This document shows positions 1-9,582 of a stretch of DNA of 64,000 nucleotides, one piece after another (position 1 is the first letter of the stretch; each line of letters starts with the position of its first letter). A program made the translations under genes and the position numbers. The DNA is from an uncultured Acidimicrobiales bacterium (lineage in GTDB: Bacteria; Actinomycetota; Actinomycetes; Mycobacteriales; QHCE01): the NCBI GenBank assembly GCA_963736285.1, contig CAVTOA010000003.1, positions 281,652 through 345,651 of the forward strand, written 5' to 3'. Below the pieces are notes generated by a model, which saw only the letters and a list, made by a program, of their open reading frames with translations, had not been told where the DNA came from and made no database searches.

Positions 1-61
1 TCCGACCCAGGACACGACGCGGCGCGAATAGCGGCAAACGCACACCACCAGGCCAATAGCG

Positions 62-412
62 CTACTTCCCCACCGGGCACAATTTGTTTTCCACAACGTC
101 GACGATTTGCACTGCCTTTGCGGAGTCAATCTTGACGGTGTCGGTGCTGAATCGTTTAGTCACATTTTCGATGAGCTTGTCGTTGGGCGTTCCGGATGAC
201 AAGTCTTCGCAAGTCTGCGCACCTGCTTTAAGGACACGCTCTTTGTCTTTCGCCAACGCTGGGTCAACGTCTTTCAAGCTCGCCACATACGCGTTCTGCG
301 CCTTGTCGCTCCAGGATCGCGTCGCGGATTTCGCCTTGTCTACTCCTTGGCATCCCGCAAGCAGGACAGCCACACACACCACACCGGTAACCGCAAGATG
401 ACGACGCAACAT
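62..412 (-). CDS. putative secreted lipoprotein
   Basis: 116-aa ORF with an N-terminal signal peptide and lipobox LLAG/C. Later Cys residues fit a small secreted protein. TAG stop. Confidence 0.55.
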   Translation of the reverse strand: MLRRHLAVTGVVCVAVLLAGCQGVDKAKSATRSWSDKAQNAYVASLKDVDPALAKDKERVLKAGAQTCEDLSSGTPNDKLIENVTKRFSTDTVKIDSAKAVQIVDVVENKLCPVGK

Positions 413-473
413 TGCTCCATAATCGACGAACCATCACATAACCCTGCCGGCGGGGTCGGCCCAATCCCAGGCC

Positions 474-1745
474 CTACCAACCGATGGCCTGCAACATGGT
501 TTGAAACTTGGCGGATGTTTCGGCGAGTTCGAGCGCCGGCTCGGACGCGGGCATGATCCCTCCCCCAGCAAACAACCGCAGTGAATCACCTTGCACATCG
601 GCGCAACGAATCGTAATTCCCCATTCGCCATCGCCGCGAGCATCGGTCCAACCCACCGCCCCGGTATAGAACCCTCGATCAAAGGGTTCGCTGCGCTTAA
701 TGAAGGCCTGCGCCTCGGCGGTGGGCGTGCCGCAAATTGCGGGTGTGGGGTGTAGCGCCGTCGCCAATGTCAATGCGGAAACGGATGGGTCAATGATCTC
801 GCCAGTGATCATGGTCGACAAATGCCAGACCGTTGGCGTGCTAATCAACGACGGCTTGGCTGGAACATTGAGTCGCCGGCAGAAAGGGCGCAACCCATCC
901 ACCAACGCGTCAATGACGACCTGATGCTCTTCGCGGTCCTTTACTGACGCGTACAGCTCTCGAATGCGTCGCTGATCTTCCTCCGGGTCATCACTACGGG
1001 GAAGCGACCCGGCCAGCGGATTTGCGGCAACGCGAGATCCATACTTACTGACCAGCAATTCAGGGCTGGCTCCAATCAGGACGCGATTGCTATGCCGGCG
1101 CACCTGCCCGGCCGATTCGGACTCTATGCCGGTCTCCAGGGCCGGGAGGTTCACGGCAAATGTGTAGCCCTGCGAGTTTCTACGTGCGACATTTCGCAAG
1201 AGCTGGGCGACATCGACCGGCTCGGCAGAAAGTAACTCCAAAGAGCGCGATAGCACCACTTTGCGGAGCTCGCCCGCCTGCAGCGCAACCACTGCTTTGG
1301 CGACGTTCTCCTCATGTATCTGGGGCTCGGGAAGCTCCTGCAGCTGCCCATTACGGATAGCGGATCGATGCTCGAGTGACGCCGCCTGCGGATGCAATGG
1401 TCCAGCCCACCGAGGCGTGCGAACCAGCGAAAGACACGCGGGCCTAGCCGAATCGAACGGAAGCGCACCGATCACCAGCGGAGTCGGAGCCGAATGGTTG
1501 GAGAACTTCGCGCCGGCGCTCACGGCGGGCGTCTGGTCCGCGAGCAGTTGGTCTACCCGGCCGGCCAAGCCAGCATCGGGTATGGCCGACGCAGCTGGCA
1601 GCCACTCGCGATCGCCATCGGCGAGCAATGTCCGTTCGGGGGAGGCGAAAAACGATGAACTTGGCAAATATTCGTACAACAGAGACATCGCGGTTAGCTC
1701 GGGAGCCACACCTATCGCCATAAATCCCTCCGTTTGACTCCACAT
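474..1745 (-). CDS. isochorismate synthase (MenF/EntC family chorismate-binding enzyme)
   Basis: 423-aa ORF. C-terminal chorismate-binding signature (FDRGFYTGAVGW ... FAGGGIMPASEPALELAETSAKF). The true start may be an internal Met near 1721. Confidence 0.8.
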   Translation of the reverse strand: MWSQTEGFMAIGVAPELTAMSLLYEYLPSSSFFASPERTLLADGDREWLPAASAIPDAGLAGRVDQLLADQTPAVSAGAKFSNHSAPTPLVIGALPFDSARPACLSLVRTPRWAGPLHPQAASLEHRSAIRNGQLQELPEPQIHEENVAKAVVALQAGELRKVVLSRSLELLSAEPVDVAQLLRNVARRNSQGYTFAVNLPALETGIESESAGQVRRHSNRVLIGASPELLVSKYGSRVAANPLAGSLPRSDDPEEDQRRIRELYASVKDREEHQVVIDALVDGLRPFCRRLNVPAKPSLISTPTVWHLSTMITGEIIDPSVSALTLATALHPTPAICGTPTAEAQAFIKRSEPFDRGFYTGAVGWTDARGDGEWGITIRCADVQGDSLRLFAGGGIMPASEPALELAETSAKFQTMLQAIGW

Positions 1746-1772
1746 TAGACAGAAGAGCCAGCAAACAATCTG

Positions 1773-3035
1773 CTAGAAGGTGAAGGTACTCCCCACCGGG
1801 TCACTGGGAGTAAAGGTGGCCGACAGGGACGAGAAACTATTCACCATTGCCATCGACGCGTAGCGCTCAGAACCAACCTTCATCACCTTAAAATCGGGCA
1901 TTCTTTCGAGAACTGCACGCAGCATCACGTCAATTTGAATCCGGGCGAGGTGAGCACCAACGCAGTAGTGAATACCAAATCCAAATGCGGCATGCGGATT
2001 AGGCGAACGATCAAATTGCACCTGCTCGGGGCAATCAAACACCGCGGGATCGCGATTCGCGGCCGCAAACGACATCAATACCCGATCCCCTTTGCGAATC
2101 TGCTGCCCATCCAGCTCAACGTCGCGGGTCGCAGTTCGCGCAAGCGCTGCAACGGGAGGAAGAAAACGCAGAAACTCCTCTACTGCGGACGGGATCAACG
2201 ACGGGTCGTCGATGAGCATTTGCCGGTGGTCTGGATTGAGATACAACCAGTTGAGCGCGTTGGCTACCGCGCCCGTGGTGGTATTAACGCCGGCCGCAAG
2301 CACGAGCGTGCAGGTCGCCATCAGCCGATCGTCGCTGAGTGGTTTTCCATCGATTTCTGCGGTTGTCAACCGTGTCAGCAAGTCGTCTTTGGGGTCGGCA
2401 CGCCGCTTTGCCGCGGTTCGGCGCAACGAACGGGCAAGCATTTTGATCCCCTCGGCGGCTTCAAGATAGCGGTCACTACCGCCCGGGGCGTTATTAATGT
2501 CCAGCACTGGACCCGCATAGTGCTCCCACTCTTTGAGCGGGAGGCCCAGTATCTTCATCGTCAAAATTGCCGGTACCGGGCTCGCCAAATCACGCGCAAA
2601 ATCGATAGCACCCCGAGTGCACTGCCGGTCAAGACATGCGGTGGTGATGTCCTGAATAAAGGGACGCCACTTTTGTACTTGCTCGGCAGAAAATACGGGT
2701 TTTAGCAAGTTGTGGTACGCCATATACTCCGGCGGGTCGAGCTCAATGGGCACCTCCACGACTGGTCCAGCCGGAAGCGAGATGCCACCGTGATTGCCCT
2801 CCGCTGTAATATCATGCGCAGACGAGAACGTCGCATCGTCGCGGATCACTTCAGACAAAGCCTCGTAGCTGGACACTAACCAGAACCCGCCATGCGCTTC
2901 AGACCACGCAACTGGGCATTTGGCAAGGTTTTCATCCGAAACGTCCTGCCAGCGCGCGCGATATTCCGGCGAGTGATGGTCAAAGTCGATGACAGGCTTA
3001 GACGAAACAGCCTCTTCATAATCAGTACCTGTCAT
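1773..3035 (-). CDS. cytochrome P450
   Basis: Heme-binding loop FGFGIHYCVGAHLAR and EEFLRF (ExxR) motif. Start placed at the Met preceded by GGGAG (ORF track extends to 3047). Confidence 0.85.
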   Translation of the reverse strand: MTGTDYEEAVSSKPVIDFDHHSPEYRARWQDVSDENLAKCPVAWSEAHGGFWLVSSYEALSEVIRDDATFSSAHDITAEGNHGGISLPAGPVVEVPIELDPPEYMAYHNLLKPVFSAEQVQKWRPFIQDITTACLDRQCTRGAIDFARDLASPVPAILTMKILGLPLKEWEHYAGPVLDINNAPGGSDRYLEAAEGIKMLARSLRRTAAKRRADPKDDLLTRLTTAEIDGKPLSDDRLMATCTLVLAAGVNTTTGAVANALNWLYLNPDHRQMLIDDPSLIPSAVEEFLRFLPPVAALARTATRDVELDGQQIRKGDRVLMSFAAANRDPAVFDCPEQVQFDRSPNPHAAFGFGIHYCVGAHLARIQIDVMLRAVLERMPDFKVMKVGSERYASMAMVNSFSSLSATFTPSDPVGSTFTF

Positions 3036-3393
3036 CAGAACTCCCAATGCCGCAACAAAACTTGGCTAACATCACATAATACGACGTAATCTCAGGTCGA
3101 TGCCCATACTCAAAATGGCTCTGCGACGGCATTTTTGCGAAACCAGCACAGAAATGGCATTTAACCGACGCAGACAGTAATCGTGAACACTACCTCTACC
3201 GTGCCCGACAAACGCCCCAAATAGAAGAGCTAGTGCAGGCTTTTAACGGAGTCGTGCGATTACGCGAGCTCCTCCGAGGCTGGAAGAAACGCCACCGCCA
3301 CCTGAGAACCCACAGTGGCTCTCCAGGCGGCCACTCCGCAGCCGCACTCCCAGTTTCTATGAGCGGACTCCCACCAGTGGCGGGCCATCGGCA

Positions 3394-3963
3394 TCACTGG
3401 CCAGAACCACCAGCTTGATCAAAGTCAGCTCTGTCCTTTCGGCCTTTGCCACTGATCTTTCGACGTTCGGTGTTTCTTTTTTCAGAGGACGAAGTGGTCT
3501 CTACTTTCTCAGTCACCACGTACTTACGCAGCCGCGCACCCCCATGCCCCCCAGACTCGACATCCATCCGCACCCGCTCCTCTGAGCGGATCATCGGCTC
3601 GTCTTCCCGCAAGCGCTCTTGAGCGGGGTCGGAGTTTGCGGGATGGCGGGCAGGGTTGATGTCGTAGTAGCCATAAAGCTCGACTTCCTGATTCGCGGGA
3701 AGCTCACCATCGGCGTCGATACGCGGTGCACCCTTGACCGCCTCTTTTTTCACACTGAGCACAAGGTGCTCACCCTCAATGCGCGCCCGATTTAGCGGAG
3801 CAAAGCTCTCTTTGATCCCAAAAAAACCAGTACGGACGGTCACCCAGCTCGGCTCTTTACTATCGTCCTCTAGGTACACCTGGCCCACCTTGCCGACCTT
3901 TTCTCCGTCGACGTCGTACACGGCCATTCCCACTAGGTCGGGAACCTGATCCTGGGTAATCAT
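3394..3963 (-). CDS. PRC-barrel domain protein
   Basis: N-terminal PRC-barrel-like sequence (LVGMAVYDVDGEKVGKVGQVYLEDD...PSWVTVRTGFFG) followed by a charged C-terminal tail. Confidence 0.65.
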   Translation of the reverse strand: MITQDQVPDLVGMAVYDVDGEKVGKVGQVYLEDDSKEPSWVTVRTGFFGIKESFAPLNRARIEGEHLVLSVKKEAVKGAPRIDADGELPANQEVELYGYYDINPARHPANSDPAQERLREDEPMIRSEERVRMDVESGGHGGARLRKYVVTEKVETTSSSEKRNTERRKISGKGRKDRADFDQAGGSGQ

Positions 3964-4061
3964 GCTGCCTCCTCATTTGAGTCTGTTAGGGAGTGTTTCC
4001 TAACGACAAACGCCCCTAAACGTGGCGATACGGAGTGCTCGGCAAACGAGAAAGCAGCCAT

Positions 4062-4096
4062 AAAAAAGGCGGCCGGGGCATCACACCCAGGCCGCC
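4062..4096 (-). terminator. intrinsic terminator downstream of ssrA and its trailer repeats
   Basis: On the minus strand, GGCGGCC-15 nt-GGCCGCC is followed by TTTTTT. It lies after the repeat array, not directly after the tmRNA. Confidence 0.7.
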
Positions 4097-4106
4097 GTTC
4101 GAAGAA

Positions 4107-4330
4107 CTCGTCAACAAGCTCAATCGGCTCGGACACGCAAGCAAGCTTGCGTATCTCTCGCCTCAGTCGTGTGATCCTCGCTTAGCTCGTCAACAAGCTC
4201 AGTCAGCTCGGACACGCAAGCAAGCTTGCGTATCTCTCGCCTCAGTCGTGTGATCCTCGCTTAGCTCGTCAACAAGCTCAATCGGCTCGGACACGCAAGC
4301 AAGCTTGCGTATCTCTCGCCTCAGTCGCTT
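4107..4330 (-). repeat. 79-bp tandem repeat, about 2.8 copies, abutting the tmRNA 3' end
   Basis: Units start at 4107, 4186 and 4265 (period 79). Each contains the hairpin ACGCAAGC-AA-GCTTGCGT. The core is about 95% identical to the repeats next to tRNA-Leu at 43335-43507. Confidence 0.9.
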
Positions 4331-4703
4331 GTGGAGGTGGCGGGAATCGAACCCGCGTCCTTCGTCGCTTCAACAGGACTTCTCCGGGCGCAGCTTGCTG
4401 TGCCTCTACTCGGCCTCACCGATCCCGCAAGCAAGTCGGTGTGACAGGCCCAGTCGCTGTTTGATGTCCCAACGAACCCCGCGACCGAGTTTGTTGGTGC
4501 AGTCCCCTAGCTGATGCCAGGATCCGGGTCGGGAACGTCCCCGGTCTGACAGAGGTGCTTCGCTTTAAGCAGCGAGAGCAACCTCAGCGCGGTTATTAAC
4601 ATTGGCGCTTATTGGTTTGCGACACGTGGTTTACGAGATCATCGTCGCCTTCCTCGGCCCGCTTCCCCTGCCTCGACGTCCGAAGTCGAGACCTGTCACC
4701 CCC
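4331..4703 (-). ncRNA. ssrA: tmRNA (transfer-messenger RNA)
   Basis: Minus strand begins GGGGGTGACAGGTCTCGAC and ends GGGTTCGATTCCCGCCACCTCCA. The acceptor stem is 7 bp with a G3-U pair. Internal tag ORF GCC AAT GTT AAT AAC CGC GCT GAG GTT GCT CTC GCT GCT TAA gives ANVNNRAEVALAA. CCA is not encoded. smpB is nearby. Confidence 0.93.
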
Positions 4704-4798
4704 AAGATGGATAGCTGCTTTGTACTTCCGCGACTAGCTTAGCGGGAAGGTCTACCGATTTATTCCCGCAGGCTCCCGACTCCGTGGCTTCGTGCGCG

Positions 4799-6619
4799 CT
4801 ACCAGCTGCCACCGCCGCCGCCTCCGCCACCACCGCCGGAGAACCCGCCTCCCCCAAAACCAGACGACCCAGAAGCGGACGGCGGCGTTGATGCCATCAC
4901 CCCGCTGGTGCTGGTGCTGAAGCTGCCGATGGATGCACCAAAGTAGAGAAGACTCCATCCTTGCAGACCGGAGTACCAATAGAGACCAGAAGAACCATCA
5001 GGCTGCACTGAACCGAGATCTTTGAATTGGTCGGCCCAACGCTCCGCCACGCCAAATACAATGGCGTAGGGCAAATACCGAGAAAATATTTCTTCTCGCT
5101 CTTCAAACCGGATCTGATTCGCTTCCGCCGTAGCAAGATATTGTCGGAATCCGAGAATGCGCGCCAGCATGGCACTGCCTTTCCCTGTCCGAGCGGGCAT
5201 ATATGTGGCAGCGAAAAAGAAGATAAGGGCCGCAACAAACAATCCCACGCCTATAAAAGCGATGTGAGTAGAAATAAACAAAACAAAGGTAATCACCGCT
5301 GCGACGGCCGCAATACCGATGGCATAGCCCCGATACTTATTGCGAGTTGTCTCCGGGGAACCGCGGTACCACCCTTGTTCTACGACGTCACGATATAGTT
5401 CTGATTTGACGAACTGCAAATCCTTGGCAAACGTATTTTTCAGCGTGGAAAGGCGTACACTAGTTTGGTTCCCAAACAGGGAATCAAACAATGTCCGCTC
5501 ATACCGCGTGAAATTCGGATCGCCATCATCTAGCTTCACTAATTCCCAATCCTGGCTCGAAAATCGCCCTTTCCTTGGGATTTCGCGAATATGCACATGT
5601 TTACGCACGGCAAAATCAACAATTGTGGCAGTGACATCAATGGTGTCAGCCCGTTCATCGATCAGAGTACCGACCTGGGCCGGACGCACGCGGTCCGGCG
5701 GAGTGAACTCCACCACTATAGGTCCCCGACCCAAGTACCTCTTGCGCCGCTCCGTGCCGTCTTGGCCGGCCAACGGAGTCAGCCCTGGTATTTGATCTGC
5801 GTAGGCGCGGTCGCGCCCCACCCGCCATGCGACCAGCAACGCGCCGGAAATCCCTAACAGCGCCAGGACCGATGCTCCGCCAATTGTCCACGGAGTAATT
5901 CTGAAAGCAGCCGCAAAATCGTGCCGCTCTTCCAAGATGGGTCCAGTGTTGTGCACACTCCCCCGCGGAAAACCCACTACAACAGTCATGCCGGAGTATG
6001 CGTTTAGATTCGCGTCGGAAAATATCGCCGAAAGCCCACCTGGTGCAGACTCATTGTCGCAGCCAGCATGACTATCCTTGGGGCCAACGAAACATTGGAC
6101 ATGAGTAATATTTGCGGGGCCCGTTACCTTTGTGCTTATAGAGCCAATCGGAACATTCCATTCAGTTCCTACCGCATTCCAGTACAGCTCTTCGTGATCC
6201 TTAAAACTATTGAGCGCACCCTTCACGGAATACGCAATGCGATATGTATGAACGCCACTTGTAGATTCATTCGGCTTGCCAATTTTGAAATTCACATAAC
6301 CGTTATTCGAGCTACGCTTATAGGTTACCGAGTGACCATCCATCAAGATATTTACGTCATTGATCGGATATATGCGATCTTTGGTTTCATTGTAATGAAA
6401 CCGCGCGGGTATTTTACGATAAATACCATGTTTGCTGTTATTTCCGAAATCGTAAACAATAGTTTCAGTGACGCGCAGATTGCCGTCTCGCTGCACATCA
6501 AGCACCACATCGTATGTGTTAATGGACTCACCGACATCAGCGGATGCTGCTTGGCCTGTAGCCACGACAACGGCGACAACGCAAAATAGCGCAAAAACCA
6601 GGGCAGGTAAACGCTTCAT
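4799..6619 (-). CDS. DUF2207-family membrane protein with Gly-rich C-terminus
   Basis: 606 aa with a signal peptide, a large N-terminal extracytoplasmic domain, several TM helices and a C-terminal GGGGFSGGGGGGGGGGSW tail typical of DUF2207. Visibly AT-richer than its flanks. Confidence 0.7.
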   Translation of the reverse strand: MKRLPALVFALFCVVAVVVATGQAASADVGESINTYDVVLDVQRDGNLRVTETIVYDFGNNSKHGIYRKIPARFHYNETKDRIYPINDVNILMDGHSVTYKRSSNNGYVNFKIGKPNESTSGVHTYRIAYSVKGALNSFKDHEELYWNAVGTEWNVPIGSISTKVTGPANITHVQCFVGPKDSHAGCDNESAPGGLSAIFSDANLNAYSGMTVVVGFPRGSVHNTGPILEERHDFAAAFRITPWTIGGASVLALLGISGALLVAWRVGRDRAYADQIPGLTPLAGQDGTERRKRYLGRGPIVVEFTPPDRVRPAQVGTLIDERADTIDVTATIVDFAVRKHVHIREIPRKGRFSSQDWELVKLDDGDPNFTRYERTLFDSLFGNQTSVRLSTLKNTFAKDLQFVKSELYRDVVEQGWYRGSPETTRNKYRGYAIGIAAVAAVITFVLFISTHIAFIGVGLFVAALIFFFAATYMPARTGKGSAMLARILGFRQYLATAEANQIRFEEREEIFSRYLPYAIVFGVAERWADQFKDLGSVQPDGSSGLYWYSGLQGWSLLYFGASIGSFSTSTSGVMASTPPSASGSSGFGGGGFSGGGGGGGGGGSW

Positions 6620-6653
6620 ATTGCGAGACTAGCCGGTTAGTACAACCGCACTG

Positions 6654-7130
6654 CTATTCCATACCTTTGTTACGACGACCCATCGCTCGCGCTATCTCGC
6701 GATCAGCGTCACGTTTGGCGAGCGTTTGGCGTTTATCGTAGGAGCGCTTGCCGCGCGCTAGCCCGATCTCCGCCTTCGCCCGACCATGCGAAAAATAGAG
6801 TTTGAGCGGGACAAGCGTGAGCCCCGCTTCATTGAGTTTGGTCGTGATACGAGCGATCTCACCACGATGCAGCAGTAGCTTGCGTACTCGCCGAACTGGG
6901 TGATTAGTCCACGTCCCCTGGGTGTATTCCGGGATATGCACCCCATGAAGGAACACTTCGCCATTATCGATAATGGCGAAACCGTCCACAAGCGACGCAC
7001 GCCCCGCTCGCAACGACTTTACCTCGGTGCCAGTAAGCACCAAGCCAGCCTCAAACGTCTCGATGATGGCATAGTCGTGGTGCGCCTTTCGGTTGGTTGT
7101 CACCACCGAACGCCCTTGCTCGCGCGCCAC
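6654..7130 (-). CDS. smpB: SsrA-binding protein SmpB
   Basis: 158 aa. [10 protein letters not shown] ... GTEVKSLR ... LVPLKLYF ... [13 protein letters not shown] are typical SmpB sequences. Confidence 0.95.
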   Translation of the reverse strand: MAREQGRSVVTTNRKAHHDYAIIETFEAGLVLTGTEVKSLRAGRASLVDGFAIIDNGEVFLHGVHIPEYTQGTWTNHPVRRVRKLLLHRGEIARITTKLNEAGLTLVPLKLYFSHGRAKAEIGLARGKRSYDKRQTLAKRDADREIARAMGRRNKGME

Positions 7131-7183
7131 AACGCCCCCTCTAGTTTACCGGCATTCTCGTTACAGCCTTAGAGAATATCGGG

Positions 7184-8506
7184 TCACATCGGGAACCAGC
7201 CCAGCGGTTGCTTGGGTGCCCCATTGATTCGGACCTCAAAGTGCAGATGCGGACCTGTCGCAGCACCTGTCATGCCCACTTTGCCGATGGTCTGACCCTG
7301 GCTCACTTGCTGTCCCTTGTGGACCAATATCTGCGACTGATGCCCATAACACGTTGACACACCGGACGTCCCATTAATTGTGCCGTGAAGAATGCACGTG
7401 TAGTTACCGTAGCCGCGTTCCCAACCGGCGTATACGACAGTTCCGCCCGCGGCCGCCCATATAGGTGCACCCGTACCCGCCGCGAGATCTACCCCCGCAT
7501 GGAGCTGCCATACGTGGTAGTACGGATCGAATCTCCAACCGTAGTCACTGGATTTCCAGCCCACGACCGGCTTAATGAATCCACCGCTGCGCGATGGTGG
7601 CCCATAGCCACCCGAGGACGAAGAATGGCCGGACTGAGCTTGCTGCGCCTGCTGTAGCTGATCCTCAATCCGTCGAGACTCTTCTTGGAGTTCGTTGTAC
7701 TTCTGCTGACTCGCGTCCTTTTCCCGCTGGGCAGTCGTATAAGCCCGCTGGCTCTGGCTCACCAGGTCGTTAACCTTTTGTTTAGCCGTGTTCGCATCAG
7801 CCGCCTGCTGTTGAGCGTCCCTCAGCGCCTGCCGGGCTTGATCGTTTGCCTGATCTGCCTGCTGTTTGCTCTTCGTTACATCTGCACGCCGCTCTCCAGC
7901 GCGGAGCCGTGCCGCTTTCATGACGTCGATGTGGTCTTGCTGGTTCGCACCCAGGGCCCGCACGTATTCGACCGCGTCCACCACTTGCTGAGGATCCTTC
8001 GCCGCAAGCACCAGCGACGAGGAAAGATACCGCGCACTTTCATAGCTTTGTCGCGCAAATGACGCAAACTTTGCACGCGCGGCTTTCACGTCATTGTCAG
8101 CTTGGTCATAGCTACTCTGGGCTCGTTGTAGCTGCTGCTGTGCCGCCTCGGCATCGCGCTGCGTCTCATTTGCTCTTACTTGAGCCGCAATTACCTGGCC
8201 TCTTGCTTCGTCTGCGGCTTGCTGAGCCGCCGGCAGCTGCTGATTCGCCCGCGAGAAATCCGCCCAGGCCTGCTGAGCTTTACTCGTGGCATTCTCCAAA
8301 ACGGAGTCAGCTTGTTGTAGCTCCCGATCGACTCGGCTCTTATCCCCCGATGGGTCAGCCTTCGCCGAGCCACCGCCGGTAGCGATCACGCTGACGATCA
8401 GCGTGGCAAAGAAGATCCACCGCCACACCAAGCCGCGATCGTGGCCCGCCCGGGTGCGTTGATCGCTGTTCAGCGCTCTCCTACCGTTTGTGCCATTAAG
8501 CGTCAT
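7184..8506 (-). CDS. coiled-coil M23 (LytM-type) metallopeptidase, likely FtsEX-associated
   Basis: TM/signal, then about 250 aa of Gln/Ala-rich coiled coil, then a C-terminal M23 domain that retains HAGVDLAA and GPHLHFEV metal ligands. Immediately downstream of ftsE-ftsX. Confidence 0.85.
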   Translation of the reverse strand: MTLNGTNGRRALNSDQRTRAGHDRGLVWRWIFFATLIVSVIATGGGSAKADPSGDKSRVDRELQQADSVLENATSKAQQAWADFSRANQQLPAAQQAADEARGQVIAAQVRANETQRDAEAAQQQLQRAQSSYDQADNDVKAARAKFASFARQSYESARYLSSSLVLAAKDPQQVVDAVEYVRALGANQQDHIDVMKAARLRAGERRADVTKSKQQADQANDQARQALRDAQQQAADANTAKQKVNDLVSQSQRAYTTAQREKDASQQKYNELQEESRRIEDQLQQAQQAQSGHSSSSGGYGPPSRSGGFIKPVVGWKSSDYGWRFDPYYHVWQLHAGVDLAAGTGAPIWAAAGGTVVYAGWERGYGNYTCILHGTINGTSGVSTCYGHQSQILVHKGQQVSQGQTIGKVGMTGAATGPHLHFEVRINGAPKQPLGWFPM

Positions 8507-8624
8507 AAAAACCCTCGATCCCTTATTGAGGGTTCACCGTACGCGTGAGCACTTGTGGGCACAAATAACCCAGGCGGAACACTTGTGCAAATAGTGAAAA
8601 TAGATCAAATTGACATGTTCGACG

Positions 8625-9506
8625 CTAGACCTTCACATACAACCGCAAGGTGCTCCAGCCGGTGATCGCGGCGATTGCGACCGCAACAAGGCCCAAAATT
8701 GGTCCAGTCACCATAATGTCGCTCCACTGAATGATCGGAATTAGCCCGCTGGTAAACACCGGTTTAAGCGCGCCGTCAATGAGCCACAGTTTGCTGACGA
8801 TGAGGGCAAACCAAGCGAGCACAGCCCCAATGAGTCCGGCGATCGCCGCCTCCAGCACGAATGGCAAACGCACATACCAGTTAGACGCACCGACGAGTTT
8901 CATAATGCTGACCTCGCGGCGGCGACTATACGCAGCCACCTGAATGGTGTTTCCGATCAGCAGCACCGCCGCCACACCTTGCAAGATGGCGACCACGAAG
9001 ACCGTGTTCTTAATGGCATCCACCATCGCAAACAGCTGGGTCACGATTTCTTGCTGACTAGAAACTCGGGATACACCGTCCTCGTGCCGATATTTATTGG
9101 ACACATCGGTGTAATCGCCTGGATCACGCAACTTAACCCGGAACGACGACGGCAACGCGCTGGCGTCTACACCAGACACCAAGTCCGGCGAGTTTTTGAA
9201 CAGCTCACGAAAACGCTTATAGGCCTGCTCTTTCGTCTCTAAAGCCACCTCGCGCACGCGACGGTCGTCTTTTAGCTGCTGCTCAAGCTTGTTTCGTTGG
9301 TCGTTAGACGCATCGTCGCGCAGATAAAACATCACCTCGACCTTGCCGCGAAGCAGATCCTTCGTTTTTTGGATCTGCACATACAGCAACCCGCCAGCGC
9401 CAAGCAGCGCCAATGAGATCGCAGTGGTGATGATCATCGCTACCGTCATGGTGACATTGCGCCAGAGGCCAGTCGCAGCCTCAGAAAAAACAAACTTTGC
9501 GCGCAT
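8625..9506 (-). CDS. ftsX: cell division permease-like protein FtsX
   Basis: 293 aa with four TM segments and an extracytoplasmic loop domain. Downstream of ftsE. Confidence 0.9.
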   Translation of the reverse strand: MRAKFVFSEAATGLWRNVTMTVAMIITTAISLALLGAGGLLYVQIQKTKDLLRGKVEVMFYLRDDASNDQRNKLEQQLKDDRRVREVALETKEQAYKRFRELFKNSPDLVSGVDASALPSSFRVKLRDPGDYTDVSNKYRHEDGVSRVSSQQEIVTQLFAMVDAIKNTVFVVAILQGVAAVLLIGNTIQVAAYSRRREVSIMKLVGASNWYVRLPFVLEAAIAGLIGAVLAWFALIVSKLWLIDGALKPVFTSGLIPIIQWSDIMVTGPILGLVAVAIAAITGWSTLRLYVKV

Positions 9507-9582
9507 GGCTTCCTCGGGTGTCTCGTTGGCTTTCGCAGGGGACGTGGCTTAGGGAGAGCGGCGGTTAGGCAGCAAAGGCGGC

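Noticed and set aside
3048-3393. Possible small RNA or small ORF (3233-3418) in the 350-nt P450 to PRC-barrel spacer.
   Set aside because: I could find no convincing promoter/terminator pair, conserved structure or RBS, and the ORF product is Arg/His/Pro-rich and implausible.
3394-4330. Genomic island integrated at the ssrA 3' end, or likewise at the tRNA-Leu 3' end (42223-43511).
   Set aside because: There is no integrase or recombinase. The repeats do not duplicate the 3' part of the RNA gene, as att sites would. The downstream genes look compositionally native.
4107-4330. CRISPR array.
   Set aside because: The units are contiguous (79-bp period, or 89-bp with a 12-nt linker) with no unique spacers, there are only 2-3 copies, and no cas genes are present.
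4035-4514. ORFs 4035-4253 and 4305-4514, and at the other locus 43307-43549, 43341-43565 and 43396-43656.
   Set aside because: They are translations of the tandem repeats and of the tmRNA and tRNA genes themselves. The repeated peptide LVNKLNRLGHASKLA simply mirrors the DNA repeat.
8548-8588. Direct repeat CACTTGTG (twice, 33 bp apart) in the ftsX-M23 spacer as a further member of the CCACA(A/G) box family.
   Set aside because: Only a 7-8 nt match, which is expected by chance several times in 64 kb. There is no extended similarity to the 13-mer.
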